Of a DNA stretch of 64,000 nucleotides, positions 46,779 through 54,903 are shown in pieces. Below the pieces are notes generated by a model. The model was given only the letters and a program-made list of their open reading frames with translations. It was not told the origin of the DNA and searched no databases. Position 1 is the stretch's first letter. The number at the start of each line of letters is the position of its first letter. The DNA comes from a virus (Duplodnaviria > Heunggongvirae > Uroviricota > Caudoviricetes), in the IMG/VR virus record IMGVR_UViG_3300049460_000121, positions 75,468 through 139,467 of that record. One strand, given 5' to 3'. Position numbers and translations under genes: made by a program.

Positions 46779-47494
46779 GAACGTGACAATAACGACATCA
46801 GTAACGATGATGGACTTGCTGGGTTGGGGATGCGCTTTGGAATACGTTTCCATCCACGGGGTATACGGTAATCCGTAGTGTGTTCTGCTTCGGGTGGTTG
46901 ATCATCGTCCACCATTCGCATATGCCAGTCATCGAACAGTCGGGGGCGTCGCTCCTCCCTCATCTCACGCAAGGAGTGGATGAGGCCATCAAATGCCTTA
47001 CCTAAGATATTGCGTCCACCGATACCTACGTGGATATCGGAATGACCACCTATACCTACGTTTCGTTGGGGACGGACAAACTCGCGAGGACGTGAGAAGT
47101 TGTAGCTCATACTCAGATCAGCACGAACCGGCAAACCCTCAATATCCTTCATCGGCTGGTTAGGCACTATCGCACCCAACATCCCATCGAGCAGGCTGGA
47201 GCGGATCGTAGCCTTACCCGGCTGGCGGGCGAAGTGGTCCATGTAAGTCTTGAACCCCATCGGGACTTCGTAATGGTCGAAGAGAGTCTTCTCCATCTGC
47301 ATCCAGAGCTTCAGGTCCTTCTCCACCGAACAGCGTAGAGTGAAGAACCCAGGCATTTGCCGATGGGGGAACGGGATAGGGTCTAAACTTTCCATCCCAT
47401 CCAGACGCAAGTGACCGTACTCCTGCCGATAGATCCGGCAGTGTATTTCCATCAAGGCAATCAGTGCCGGATCTATCGGTGTCAGCTCGCTCAT
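46772..47494 (-). CDS. Hypothetical protein (240 aa)
   Basis: SD AGGA. Confidence 0.65.
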   Translation of the reverse strand: MSELTPIDPALIALMEIHCRIYRQEYGHLRLDGMESLDPIPFPHRQMPGFFTLRCSVEKDLKLWMQMEKTLFDHYEVPMGFKTYMDHFARQPGKATIRSSLLDGMLGAIVPNQPMKDIEGLPVRADLSMSYNFSRPREFVRPQRNVGIGGHSDIHVGIGGRNILGKAFDGLIHSLREMREERRPRLFDDWHMRMVDDDQPPEAEHTTDYRIPRGWKRIPKRIPNPASPSSLLMSLLSRSA

Positions 47495-47503
47495 GGTCCT
47501 GTC

Positions 47504-47935
47504 CTAGGGTTGGACTTCCGACAATTGGTCGAAGTCAATTGCGTGTTGGAAACCGATGATGGCTACCGTGCGGTCGTCTTCATCGAGCTCTAGGTATTCT
47601 TCCTCATCGAACCAATCGTGATCGCCAAGGGTGACCTCGTACGTCCGATTCCAGATATCGATCTCGTAGTACAGATCGTTGCCAGCCATGCAGAATGGGG
47701 TGTACCCGTCCTCGATGCTGAGTGTCACCAACCCTTTGGCGTAATCGAGGGTCAGGATGCGCAGGTTGCGTGAGTGTTCAGCCGTTTGACGACCCGACTT
47801 GCTGACTCCGCACAGGTACCCGTAATGACGGACATCCATTGCCAGGAAGTTAGGGTTGTGTCCATCGAGCTCTGGTGGGAACGGTTGTTTGCCGTTGGTG
47901 GGGCGGGCTGGGATACGTAGTTCTTTCTGAGTCAC
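47504..47935 (-). CDS. Hypothetical protein
   Basis: AGGAG SD, GTG start. Confidence 0.6.
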   Translation of the reverse strand: MTQKELRIPARPTNGKQPFPPELDGHNPNFLAMDVRHYGYLCGVSKSGRQTAEHSRNLRILTLDYAKGLVTLSIEDGYTPFCMAGNDLYYEIDIWNRTYEVTLGDHDWFDEEEYLELDEDDRTVAIIGFQHAIDFDQLSEVQP

Positions 47936-48021
47936 GGACAACACTCCTAAGGCACAAGAAAAAAAGATACACCAGAGGATGCGGCCCCCGGTGTATCTGC
48001 CAGACTGACGTTACTCGATGA

Positions 48022-48810
48022 TCAGGTCCACGCGTTTAGCGTGCTGTGAACAAACGAGGTCTTGTCAACCAGCGAAGTTACGAAATGACCGCTGATACCG
48101 TTGGAGAATTCCACCAGGTCCATCAATTTCTTGCTGCTGCTCATTACGACGTACTTACCGTCAACCAGAGCAACAGTTGCAACTTCACCGGATTCGGCTT
48201 TAACGACGATGGTGTCCTGGACACTGGTGCCGTTCAGCGAAGCGTAGGTGTAAACGCCAGCCAGGGTGTTCGGTAGACGATTGGTCACGATCTGTGCGAC
48301 GTCAGTCATGCCGTCACGCTGGGTGTAGAAAGCGCGCAGATCGAGTTTGTCTTCGATCTTCTCCAGCGTCTTGTAGAAGGTTGCCTTGGAGGCGTTCGCC
48401 AGGGCGCTCTTGACTTCAGCCTTGGACAGTTGTTCGCGGATGGTTGCACCGGCTGGGGTGCTGAAGGTCTGAACGAATTCGATCAGGCCGGCAAAGAATG
48501 TAGTGGCGTCGATTTTACCGACACGGCTCCAACCCATGATCTTCTTGACCACGTCGCCGACGTAGCCTTGTTTCTGAGCCTGGTAGGTGGTGACGCCTTG
48601 TTCGATGTCGATGAGCTTGGACACACGGTAGCTTGCGTTAGCCGCATTGATGGTCAGATGTTCGGTGGTATCGCCCTTGAACAGAACCACGGTGTACGGG
48701 AAGACGCCTTCTTGACCACAGACACAACCTTCGACAGTACGGTCTGCCAGAGAAGCCAGGGTGACCCAGAGGGAGTGAGCTGCGAGAGGATTGCTAACAG
48801 TGATTTGCAT
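48022..48810 (-). CDS. Hypothetical protein (262 aa)
   Basis: Strong codon bias; flanked by hairpins. Confidence 0.7.
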   Translation of the reverse strand: MQITVSNPLAAHSLWVTLASLADRTVEGCVCGQEGVFPYTVVLFKGDTTEHLTINAANASYRVSKLIDIEQGVTTYQAQKQGYVGDVVKKIMGWSRVGKIDATTFFAGLIEFVQTFSTPAGATIREQLSKAEVKSALANASKATFYKTLEKIEDKLDLRAFYTQRDGMTDVAQIVTNRLPNTLAGVYTYASLNGTSVQDTIVVKAESGEVATVALVDGKYVVMSSSKKLMDLVEFSNGISGHFVTSLVDKTSFVHSTLNAWT

Positions 48811-48887
48811 GTTCGAAAGGAACCTTGTTCAATTGAGGGCATAAAGCCTGGGGAAGAACCCCAGGCCTGACTTGCGCTGACCGGCGA

Positions 48888-49349
48888 TTACTTGCCGCCG
48901 AACACTTTCTCGGCTTCTTCGCCCAGGTAGCTGACTACGGATTTGTAGTTGCTGGTGCGACGACCGACGCCGATGATTACGTCGGACTTGGCCACGCCGA
49001 ACTTGTTCCATTCAGCACCGGCAGCGGTACCGGATTTGTGACGGCTGTACGAAGTATCGATGGCGCTGTGGCCGAGCTTGGTGCGCAGGGTGGTGCGATC
49101 CAGGTCTTTGTCGACAACCATAGCGGCTTGCGACTTGTTACCGAAGGCCAGGGTCTGAGCCGATGCGACGTCGATCAGGAAGCCTTGGCTGTCCTTCAGC
49201 TGATCCAGGCTCAGCGACGGCGGCAGGTATTTGGCAACGATGTCTTCGAAACCAGGCATGTCGCCGGTTTTGGTAGCCACGTCGAGAACGGTGATTGCTT
49301 CCAGTTCTTGAGCCAGAGTCTTGATGTTGTCCGGGAGTTCTTTACTCAT
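48888..49349 (-). CDS. Hypothetical, probably highly expressed early protein (153 aa)
   Basis: SD AAGGA; own early promoter (49461) and dyad element (49417). Confidence 0.75.
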   Translation of the reverse strand: MSKELPDNIKTLAQELEAITVLDVATKTGDMPGFEDIVAKYLPPSLSLDQLKDSQGFLIDVASAQTLAFGNKSQAAMVVDKDLDRTTLRTKLGHSAIDTSYSRHKSGTAAGAEWNKFGVAKSDVIIGVGRRTSNYKSVVSYLGEEAEKVFGGK

Positions 49350-49460
49350 GATTCATTTTTCCTTGCAGGTTGTGATTGGGGACGAAATAGTGGTTGTTCA
49401 CTTCATACCCAGGTTTGGTAAAGTTTTACAGATGAAGTATCTAGCCCCACTGTGCAAGTC

Positions 49461-49480
49461 GATAATGTAGGGCTAAAAAA
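49461..49480 (-). promoter_or_regulatory. Early-type promoter
   Basis: Minus strand TTTTTTAGCCCTACATTATC. Confidence 0.65.
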
Positions 49481-49509
49481 GCTTTGCCTGAAGATTTACC
49501 ACTGCATCA

Positions 49510-49558
49510 AGGCAAAAGAAAAGGTGGAGCTGGGGAGCCGAAGCTCCCCAGTCCTTTA
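49510..49558 (-). terminator. Intrinsic terminator (UUCG hairpin), duplicate of 14468-14494
   Basis: GGGGAGC-TTCG-GCTCCCC plus U-tract. Confidence 0.85.
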
Positions 49559-49804
49559 GGCTGCTTTAGCCTTCTTGTTCGAGAAGCCTTTGAACAGCTT
49601 GTAGCTACCGTAGACAGCTGCGGCTGCGGCAGCTGCACCAACGAGAGCAGCAGCCACCGGGTGAGCCTTGGCGATGTTAGCGCCAACCTGAGCGTACTTC
49701 GCAACTGCTGCACCAGCCAGAGCGGTTTGACTTGCAGTTGCAGCAGCGTCAGCAGCTACGGAACCAGCTTCAACAACGGTACCAACGATTTCGATAGCGG
49801 ACAT
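49556..49804 (-). CDS. Small Ala-rich membrane-associated protein (82 aa)
   Basis: SD AGGAG; hydrophobic helix followed by a basic tail. Confidence 0.7.
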   Translation of the reverse strand: MSAIEIVGTVVEAGSVAADAAATASQTALAGAAVAKYAQVGANIAKAHPVAAALVGAAAAAAAVYGSYKLFKGFSNKKAKAA

Positions 49805-49874
49805 GGTGAATCTCCTAGAACTTAAATTGGGTCTTGCGAATTTGGGTTGGGGTATTACGATTTACCAGCGCAAC

Positions 49875-49997
49875 TTACTTCTTGCTGAACTTGGCCTTAA
49901 CCCGACCAACAACGTTGTGCTTCACGCCGAACTCATGAATGATGTCGACGGCTACGCAGATCACAGCGACTTTAACGATAGTGTTTACGATGTTCAT
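49875..49997 (-). CDS. Small hydrophobic/basic peptide (40 aa; not in the ORF track)
   Basis: GGAGG SD; MNIVNTIVKVAVICVAVDIIHEFGVKHNVVGRVKAKFSKK. Confidence 0.7.
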   Translation of the reverse strand: MNIVNTIVKVAVICVAVDIIHEFGVKHNVVGRVKAKFSKK

Positions 49998-50032
49998 GCT
50001 ATTGTCCTCCACGGACTAGGGTTGGGTATTGC

Positions 50033-50230
50033 TTAACTGCGGGTCCAGGTAAAGTTCGTTTCTACCGAATCCTTACCGAAGATCTTTTCCATCTCGTCAG
50101 CCAGGTTCTGGAAGGCGTCGATGATTTGTTTCTCAGCTTTCTTTTGCTGATAACGCTTCAGTGCTTTGTAACCAACGACTACCGCGCCAGTTACTGCCAC
50201 TGCACCTGCAACTATTTTGAGAGTACTCAT
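50033..50230 (-). CDS. Small membrane-anchored protein (65 aa)
   Basis: SD AAGGA; N-terminal TM segment then GYKALKR. Confidence 0.7.
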   Translation of the reverse strand: MSTLKIVAGAVAVTGAVVVGYKALKRYQQKKAEKQIIDAFQNLADEMEKIFGKDSVETNFTWTRS

Positions 50231-50266
50231 GGACGGTATTCCTTGATCAGTGTGATTGTTCATGTC

Positions 50267-50290
50267 TACTATGTATGACTCAAAATATTT
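50267..50290 (-). promoter_or_regulatory. Early-type promoter (variant)
   Basis: Minus strand ATTTTGAGTCATACATAGTA. Confidence 0.5.
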
Positions 50291-50457
50291 AGGATCGTAT
50301 TCTCTAGGCCCTACAGCGTACCTGTGACAAACGTTCTCTATTCAGACGGGCGTTTCCTTACCTTTATAGATAGCGCAGCGTATACGTGATCCTAGGGCTA
50401 TGCGGTGGTAAGGCAAAAAGAAAGGGCATAAGGCCCGGCACGATGCCGGGCTGTACG

Positions 50458-51027
50458 CTATTTACTGGTGTGCCATTCGCTGAAGTCAACAGGTCGTGGT
50501 GTCAACATCTCGAGCGTTGGCCAATTGACCACGTTGTACAGGATCCCCTGAGAGGAAGCCATACCGAACTTGACGCGGATCTCCTTACGCAGGACGCAGC
50601 CAGGCGGGAGTGGTAGGTCACCCCGAACAGGACCGAAGCTGTACTGAGCCAGAAACGAGAAGTCTTCCAGCTGGAGTACAATGATCTTGTCTTTCAGGCG
50701 CACATCGTGAGATGTCCAACGCTGTTCAGGATGGATACTGTTATAATCCAGACCGTGATTGACCATGACGGAGGTGAATGCAAACCCACGATCCCAGAGT
50801 TCCTTCACAGTCGCAGGATCTTCGATCTCTTCTACCACGCCATGTTTCTCGATCTCTTTCAACGCCTGGGTGACGACAGCGTTGTCCAGGTAGATCCTGG
50901 CGGCAGCCGAGACCTGGAGATCCGCATCGTGCATGTCGACCGGCACCAGCCCCTCGAACACTTCGAAGGTTGTGGACATATCCGGTTCAGCAACCCAATC
51001 AACCCCGTAGAACTTTTGGAAACACAT
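50458..51027 (-). CDS. Hypothetical protein
   Basis: AGGAG SD, ATG 51027. Confidence 0.65.
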   Translation of the reverse strand: MCFQKFYGVDWVAEPDMSTTFEVFEGLVPVDMHDADLQVSAAARIYLDNAVVTQALKEIEKHGVVEEIEDPATVKELWDRGFAFTSVMVNHGLDYNSIHPEQRWTSHDVRLKDKIIVLQLEDFSFLAQYSFGPVRGDLPLPPGCVLRKEIRVKFGMASSQGILYNVVNWPTLEMLTPRPVDFSEWHTSK

Positions 51028-51039
51028 GCAGCCCACTCC

Positions 51040-51080
51040 TAGAAAAAAGAAAGACACAGCAGGGGCCACCACCCCTGCTG
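51040..51080 (-). terminator. Intrinsic terminator
   Basis: CAGCAGGGG-CCACCA-CCCCTGCTG plus A-tract. Confidence 0.8.
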
Positions 51081-51092
51081 CGCTTATGACGG

Positions 51093-52016
51093 TTACTGCT
51101 TAGGAGTCAGATCCAGGATCTTTTCCATCAGCGCGTTCGCACGGTCGGTGTCTTCAGCAGACATCGCCACCATGTTCATCACGCCTGGACCGGTGATAGT
51201 GATGGTGCCGTTGACGAACAGTTTGATTTCAGTCTGGCCATCTTTCATGCTGGCTACCAGCGGCTTGGGGTGGTCGGCATCAAAGTGGAATTCGCCGCCC
51301 AGCGGGATGGAGCCGAAACCTTCCTTCAGTTTCAGGATCAAAGAAACCACTTGTTCGGCAGTGCTCGTCTGAGGCTTGCCGTAGTTCCAGAACGGATGAC
51401 CGTCTTGTAGCACTTCGACCCCGACCTTATCGTCACGGGTGACTTTCTGGAGGGTGTAGACGCCAGTCTCGATACCTTCGCGAGAAGTCTTGATGGTGAG
51501 CGTATCACCAGCTTCGATGTCGCCGAATTCACGCAGGCTTGCGGCCGCTTCCAGCCAGGACAGAGGATCGTACTGTTGGAAGAAGTGGGCGATGCCAGTA
51601 CCGTCAAGACCGGTTTCTAGCGCATGTCGCTGTACGGCTTCATTCATCACGGTGGCGTAGGGTGCGCCGGTACTCATCAGCGATGGGAGCTTACCCTTAT
51701 TGTGGGCGCGCAGAGTCATCATCGTGTCGACGAGCTCTTCAGCCGAGCGCAGGTTGTGCATCGGGTCATTGATCAGAGGCTTACCGCCCAGGTTCACGAT
51801 CAGGTAGTGGGTTTTGTGGTCATCGAGAGTCGACGACTGGATACGCAGCTCGTAGACGTGGTCCGGTTTACCCAGACCACTCACGTCGTATTCGTACGAG
51901 TGGGCGATGTCGACGATAGGTTGACCTGACGACTCTTGCAGTCGTGCAAACAGTGCTGGCCAGCCTGCGATATTGTTGATTTGGTAGTGGTTGTTCAGTT
52001 CGTGGTATTGCGCCAT
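51093..52016 (-). CDS. Hypothetical protein with internal duplication, paralog of 52138-52599
   Basis: SAEELVDTM..HNKGKLP and TEIKLFVNGTITI shared with the neighbour. Confidence 0.75.
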   Translation of the reverse strand: MAQYHELNNHYQINNIAGWPALFARLQESSGQPIVDIAHSYEYDVSGLGKPDHVYELRIQSSTLDDHKTHYLIVNLGGKPLINDPMHNLRSAEELVDTMMTLRAHNKGKLPSLMSTGAPYATVMNEAVQRHALETGLDGTGIAHFFQQYDPLSWLEAAASLREFGDIEAGDTLTIKTSREGIETGVYTLQKVTRDDKVGVEVLQDGHPFWNYGKPQTSTAEQVVSLILKLKEGFGSIPLGGEFHFDADHPKPLVASMKDGQTEIKLFVNGTITITGPGVMNMVAMSAEDTDRANALMEKILDLTPKQ

Positions 52017-52115
52017 GGTGACTCTCCTGTGAGGTCATAAAGGTAAATGTGCTGCAATATTGCAGCACATGAGCTAACGCTGAGTGCGGGGGTGCTCAAA
52101 GAGATTACGATGTTC

Positions 52116-52129
52116 TGTAAAATTTTACA
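52116..52129. promoter_or_regulatory. Perfect dyad TGTAAAATTTTACA (middle-promoter-like element)
   Basis: Best copy of a recurring intergenic motif. Confidence 0.6.
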
Positions 52130-52137
52130 TAAAACGT

Positions 52138-52599
52138 TTAGACAACCGAGGTCAAGATATTCTCAAGAGACTTGGTTACCATATCCGGATGACGCTCAGC
52201 CATCTCAGCCAGATGGCCGCCACGTTCGGACTTGATCACGATGGAACCGTCGAGGAACAGCTTAACCTCATCAGTCGCATCCTTGACCATCATCACGAAA
52301 GGCAACTTACCTTTGTGGTTACCTTCGTACAGATGGATCATCGACTCCATCACGTCTTCAGCCGAGATGGTCCACTTGGAACCAGGTTGGTCGAAAGACT
52401 TATCGTTGAGGTTGATGCGGTAACCCTGGACATCTTGCTCCGTGGTTACGTACAGATTGTAGGTCGCCTCGCCAGTGTTAAAGGTAAGGTCAGGCATCGC
52501 CTTACCGTTGACAGCCGCTCCAAGCTCAAGCAAACGACTATAGGCAGTCATGGCTTTGAAGACGTTGACGATTGGGTGGAAGTTCGTTACTTGCGACAT
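52138..52599 (-). CDS. Hypothetical protein, paralog of 51093-52016
   Basis: GGAG SD; SAEDVMESM..NHKGKLP, DEVKLFLDGSIVI. Confidence 0.75.
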   Translation of the reverse strand: MSQVTNFHPIVNVFKAMTAYSRLLELGAAVNGKAMPDLTFNTGEATYNLYVTTEQDVQGYRINLNDKSFDQPGSKWTISAEDVMESMIHLYEGNHKGKLPFVMMVKDATDEVKLFLDGSIVIKSERGGHLAEMAERHPDMVTKSLENILTSVV

Positions 52600-52635
52600 T
52601 TCGCATCTCCAACTATGGGTGGGGTGATTCATGAC

Positions 52636-52655
52636 GGTAATGTATTACCTAGATT
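52636..52655 (-). promoter_or_regulatory. Early-type promoter
   Basis: Minus strand AATCTAGGTAATACATTACC. Confidence 0.6.
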
Positions 52656-52663
52656 CTGTTAAC

Positions 52664-52701
52664 AGCATAAAGACATCAGCCGGCGCAAACCGGCTGATGT
52701 C
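52664..52701 (-). terminator. Hairpin terminator
   Basis: GACATCAGCCGG-CGCAAA-CCGGCTGATGTC followed on the minus strand by TTTATGC. Confidence 0.75.
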
Positions 52702-52718
52702 CTGTAACGCTAGAGGCC

Positions 52719-54074
52719 TTAGGCCTTGGCGGCAGCAGCCGATACCAGTTGAGCCGCTTTCACGGTCAGGTATACAGCGTGCTCGTAAACGGTGTCAGCC
52801 AGTTTGGAAACGGCGGACAGCGCTTTCTTGCCAGCAGCTTTCACGTCGGCAGGAGCGCCTTCGAACTTCTCGCCAGCAGCTTCGACGTTGCCGTCCATGC
52901 TGAAGTCGGTAGCGCTCGACAGAGCAACCAGGTCCTTGATGATCGCTTGCAGGTCGCCCATGCCAGCCAGGGACTTGGCGTCGGACGCTTGGTCCTTCGC
53001 TTGCAGTTCAGCGTGCTTGGCGTTGGTGTTGGCCTGAGCCTTGATCGAACCAGCAGCCAAACCACCAACGCCACCAACTGCGGCGCCAGCAATACCGCCG
53101 ACAGCAGCACCGACAACGGCGCCAACAGCAGTACCGCCGACCATGACAGCGAAGTTCTTCGGCAGGGTTTTGAAGTTCGCGATCTGGTAGTTGATGTACC
53201 AGTTAACGCCGCCCTTCTCGCCGCCGGAACGCTTGGCACCGGTAACTTCGTGGTTACCCAACAGGTGAGCTTCCAGACCGGTAGTCAGGCCAGCGCCGAT
53301 ACCTTGCAGCTTGGTCACAACAGCGCTGTGATCGCCTTCGCCGTGAGCGGAAGCCAGGGCAGCACCGATTTCGCTTGCAGCCTTGTTCACCGCGCCAGCA
53401 GCTTTGTGCAGCCACTGAATGTCGGATTCGATGGCAGCCTTGGCGTTGTGAACCGGTTCGCCTTTGACGATCAGGAATTTCTTCAGGCCGTCGTGGTGAA
53501 TCAGAACTGGAGTCTTGGCCAGGTCGCCTTTCTTGGCGGTCAGTTCAGCACCGGCCGATTGCAGGGCGGTACGAGCTTTGGCCAGACGGGCTTTGTCCTG
53601 ACGCAGGAATTGCATGATCGCGCCTTCGGTGGACAGGTCGCGGATGTTGTCGGCGAAACCAGTCACTACCTTGGAGGTAGCGCGGGCATCTTTGGCCAGA
53701 CCAACCAGTTGACCGTTGACGTCTTCGGCAGCTTCGAAGGAAGCGGCTTTCAGTTCCAGGTTGTTGGCGGACATGATGGTCGCGAATTCGCGGTGCATGC
53801 TTTCGGCAGAAACCTGAGCAACGGCAGCGCTGACTTCGGTTTGGTCAACAGCAGCTTGCTCTTCAGCGCGATCTGCCAGAACGTCGAGTTGTTCGGCAAT
53901 GGCTTCGGCTTTGTCAGCGTGTTCCAGTTTGGCGGACAGACCAGGCTCGCGAGCGATTTCCAGCTCGTCGTTCATCACTTCAGCCAACGCATCGCCGGAG
54001 CTCATTTCGACCGGCAGTACCAGTTCACCGGACTCGATGGCGTAGTCGCGCAGGAGGGAGTTCAAATCAGTCAT
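52719..54074 (-). CDS. Internal head (ejection/inner-body-type) protein with acidic propeptide and glycine-zipper segment
   Basis: AIES, SAES, SFEA, STEG protease sites; very strong codon bias; next to the protease gene. Confidence 0.7.
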   Translation of the reverse strand: MTDLNSLLRDYAIESGELVLPVEMSSGDALAEVMNDELEIAREPGLSAKLEHADKAEAIAEQLDVLADRAEEQAAVDQTEVSAAVAQVSAESMHREFATIMSANNLELKAASFEAAEDVNGQLVGLAKDARATSKVVTGFADNIRDLSTEGAIMQFLRQDKARLAKARTALQSAGAELTAKKGDLAKTPVLIHHDGLKKFLIVKGEPVHNAKAAIESDIQWLHKAAGAVNKAASEIGAALASAHGEGDHSAVVTKLQGIGAGLTTGLEAHLLGNHEVTGAKRSGGEKGGVNWYINYQIANFKTLPKNFAVMVGGTAVGAVVGAAVGGIAGAAVGGVGGLAAGSIKAQANTNAKHAELQAKDQASDAKSLAGMGDLQAIIKDLVALSSATDFSMDGNVEAAGEKFEGAPADVKAAGKKALSAVSKLADTVYEHAVYLTVKAAQLVSAAAAKA

Positions 54075-54103
54075 GGGGTTTCATCCATTCAATTGTGGAG
54101 TGT

Positions 54104-54892
54104 TTACCAACCGAAGCTCTTCGGTACGGCGATAACGGAGGGGTTTTCTACATAAGCTAAGCTGTCCAGAATCTGGACAAACGGGGCCACCGATTCGAAG
54201 CTATCTTCGTTCGCGTTTTCGGTCATACCATGGCGCAAACGGTCGATATTGAATTCGGCGTAATCCAGCATCCGGCAAACGTCGGACTTGGATTCCATGC
54301 TCGGTGTGTTGTACTTGGTCGCTACACCGATGCCAGGCTCGAACACGTTGTCCCAGGTGATAATCCGGTTGATGTGTTTTCGCATGTTGACGAAGTTCTT
54401 CGCTGCAAAGCAACGAATGGAGTAGTTCACGTCTTCGTACGGGTTTTCCAGCTGACGCCGGAATGCCTCTTCATGAGGACCCGAAGGACGGACTTCACCA
54501 ATGATCGCAACGACCTTCCGACCCTTCTCATCGATCACCGTGTCCATGGACGTACGGATGCGACGAATGTGGGACGAGGTGTTGCTCTCCATGATCTCGT
54601 TGATCCGGATGAACCACTCCTGATCAGACATCCCTGGAAGCCGGCGTGGGTGACCCCACTCGCTACGGCATCGGCCCTTCTGCATCATGTCGATGAATTG
54701 GGGATTGCGTTCGATATACGCCATGGCCGTAGCCGTGTCGTACAACCAACCGCCGTTACCGAATGCGCCGAAAGCCCCGAGAATGATCTCGAAGTAATCG
54801 TTATCCAGTTTCTTGAGGATGCCCTTCTTGCCGCTACCCGCCAAAGCAATGTTGCTGTAGCTGGTAACCTGATTTGTCGCGATGGCAGCCAT
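54104..54892 (-). CDS. Prohead serine protease (phiKZ gp175-like)
   Basis: SEWGHP, SHI, PSGP, YSIR, TWDNV.EPGI; C-terminal SMES/SFES autocleavage-type sites. Confidence 0.88.
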   Translation of the reverse strand: MAAIATNQVTSYSNIALAGSGKKGILKKLDNDYFEIILGAFGAFGNGGWLYDTATAMAYIERNPQFIDMMQKGRCRSEWGHPRRLPGMSDQEWFIRINEIMESNTSSHIRRIRTSMDTVIDEKGRKVVAIIGEVRPSGPHEEAFRRQLENPYEDVNYSIRCFAAKNFVNMRKHINRIITWDNVFEPGIGVATKYNTPSMESKSDVCRMLDYAEFNIDRLRHGMTENANEDSFESVAPFVQILDSLAYVENPSVIAVPKSFGW

Positions 54893-54903
54893 TGCTGTTG
54901 TCC

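Noticed and set aside
47010-47075. RNVGIGGHSD resembling a translation GTPase G1 region
   Set aside because: No GKT/S P-loop or other G motifs
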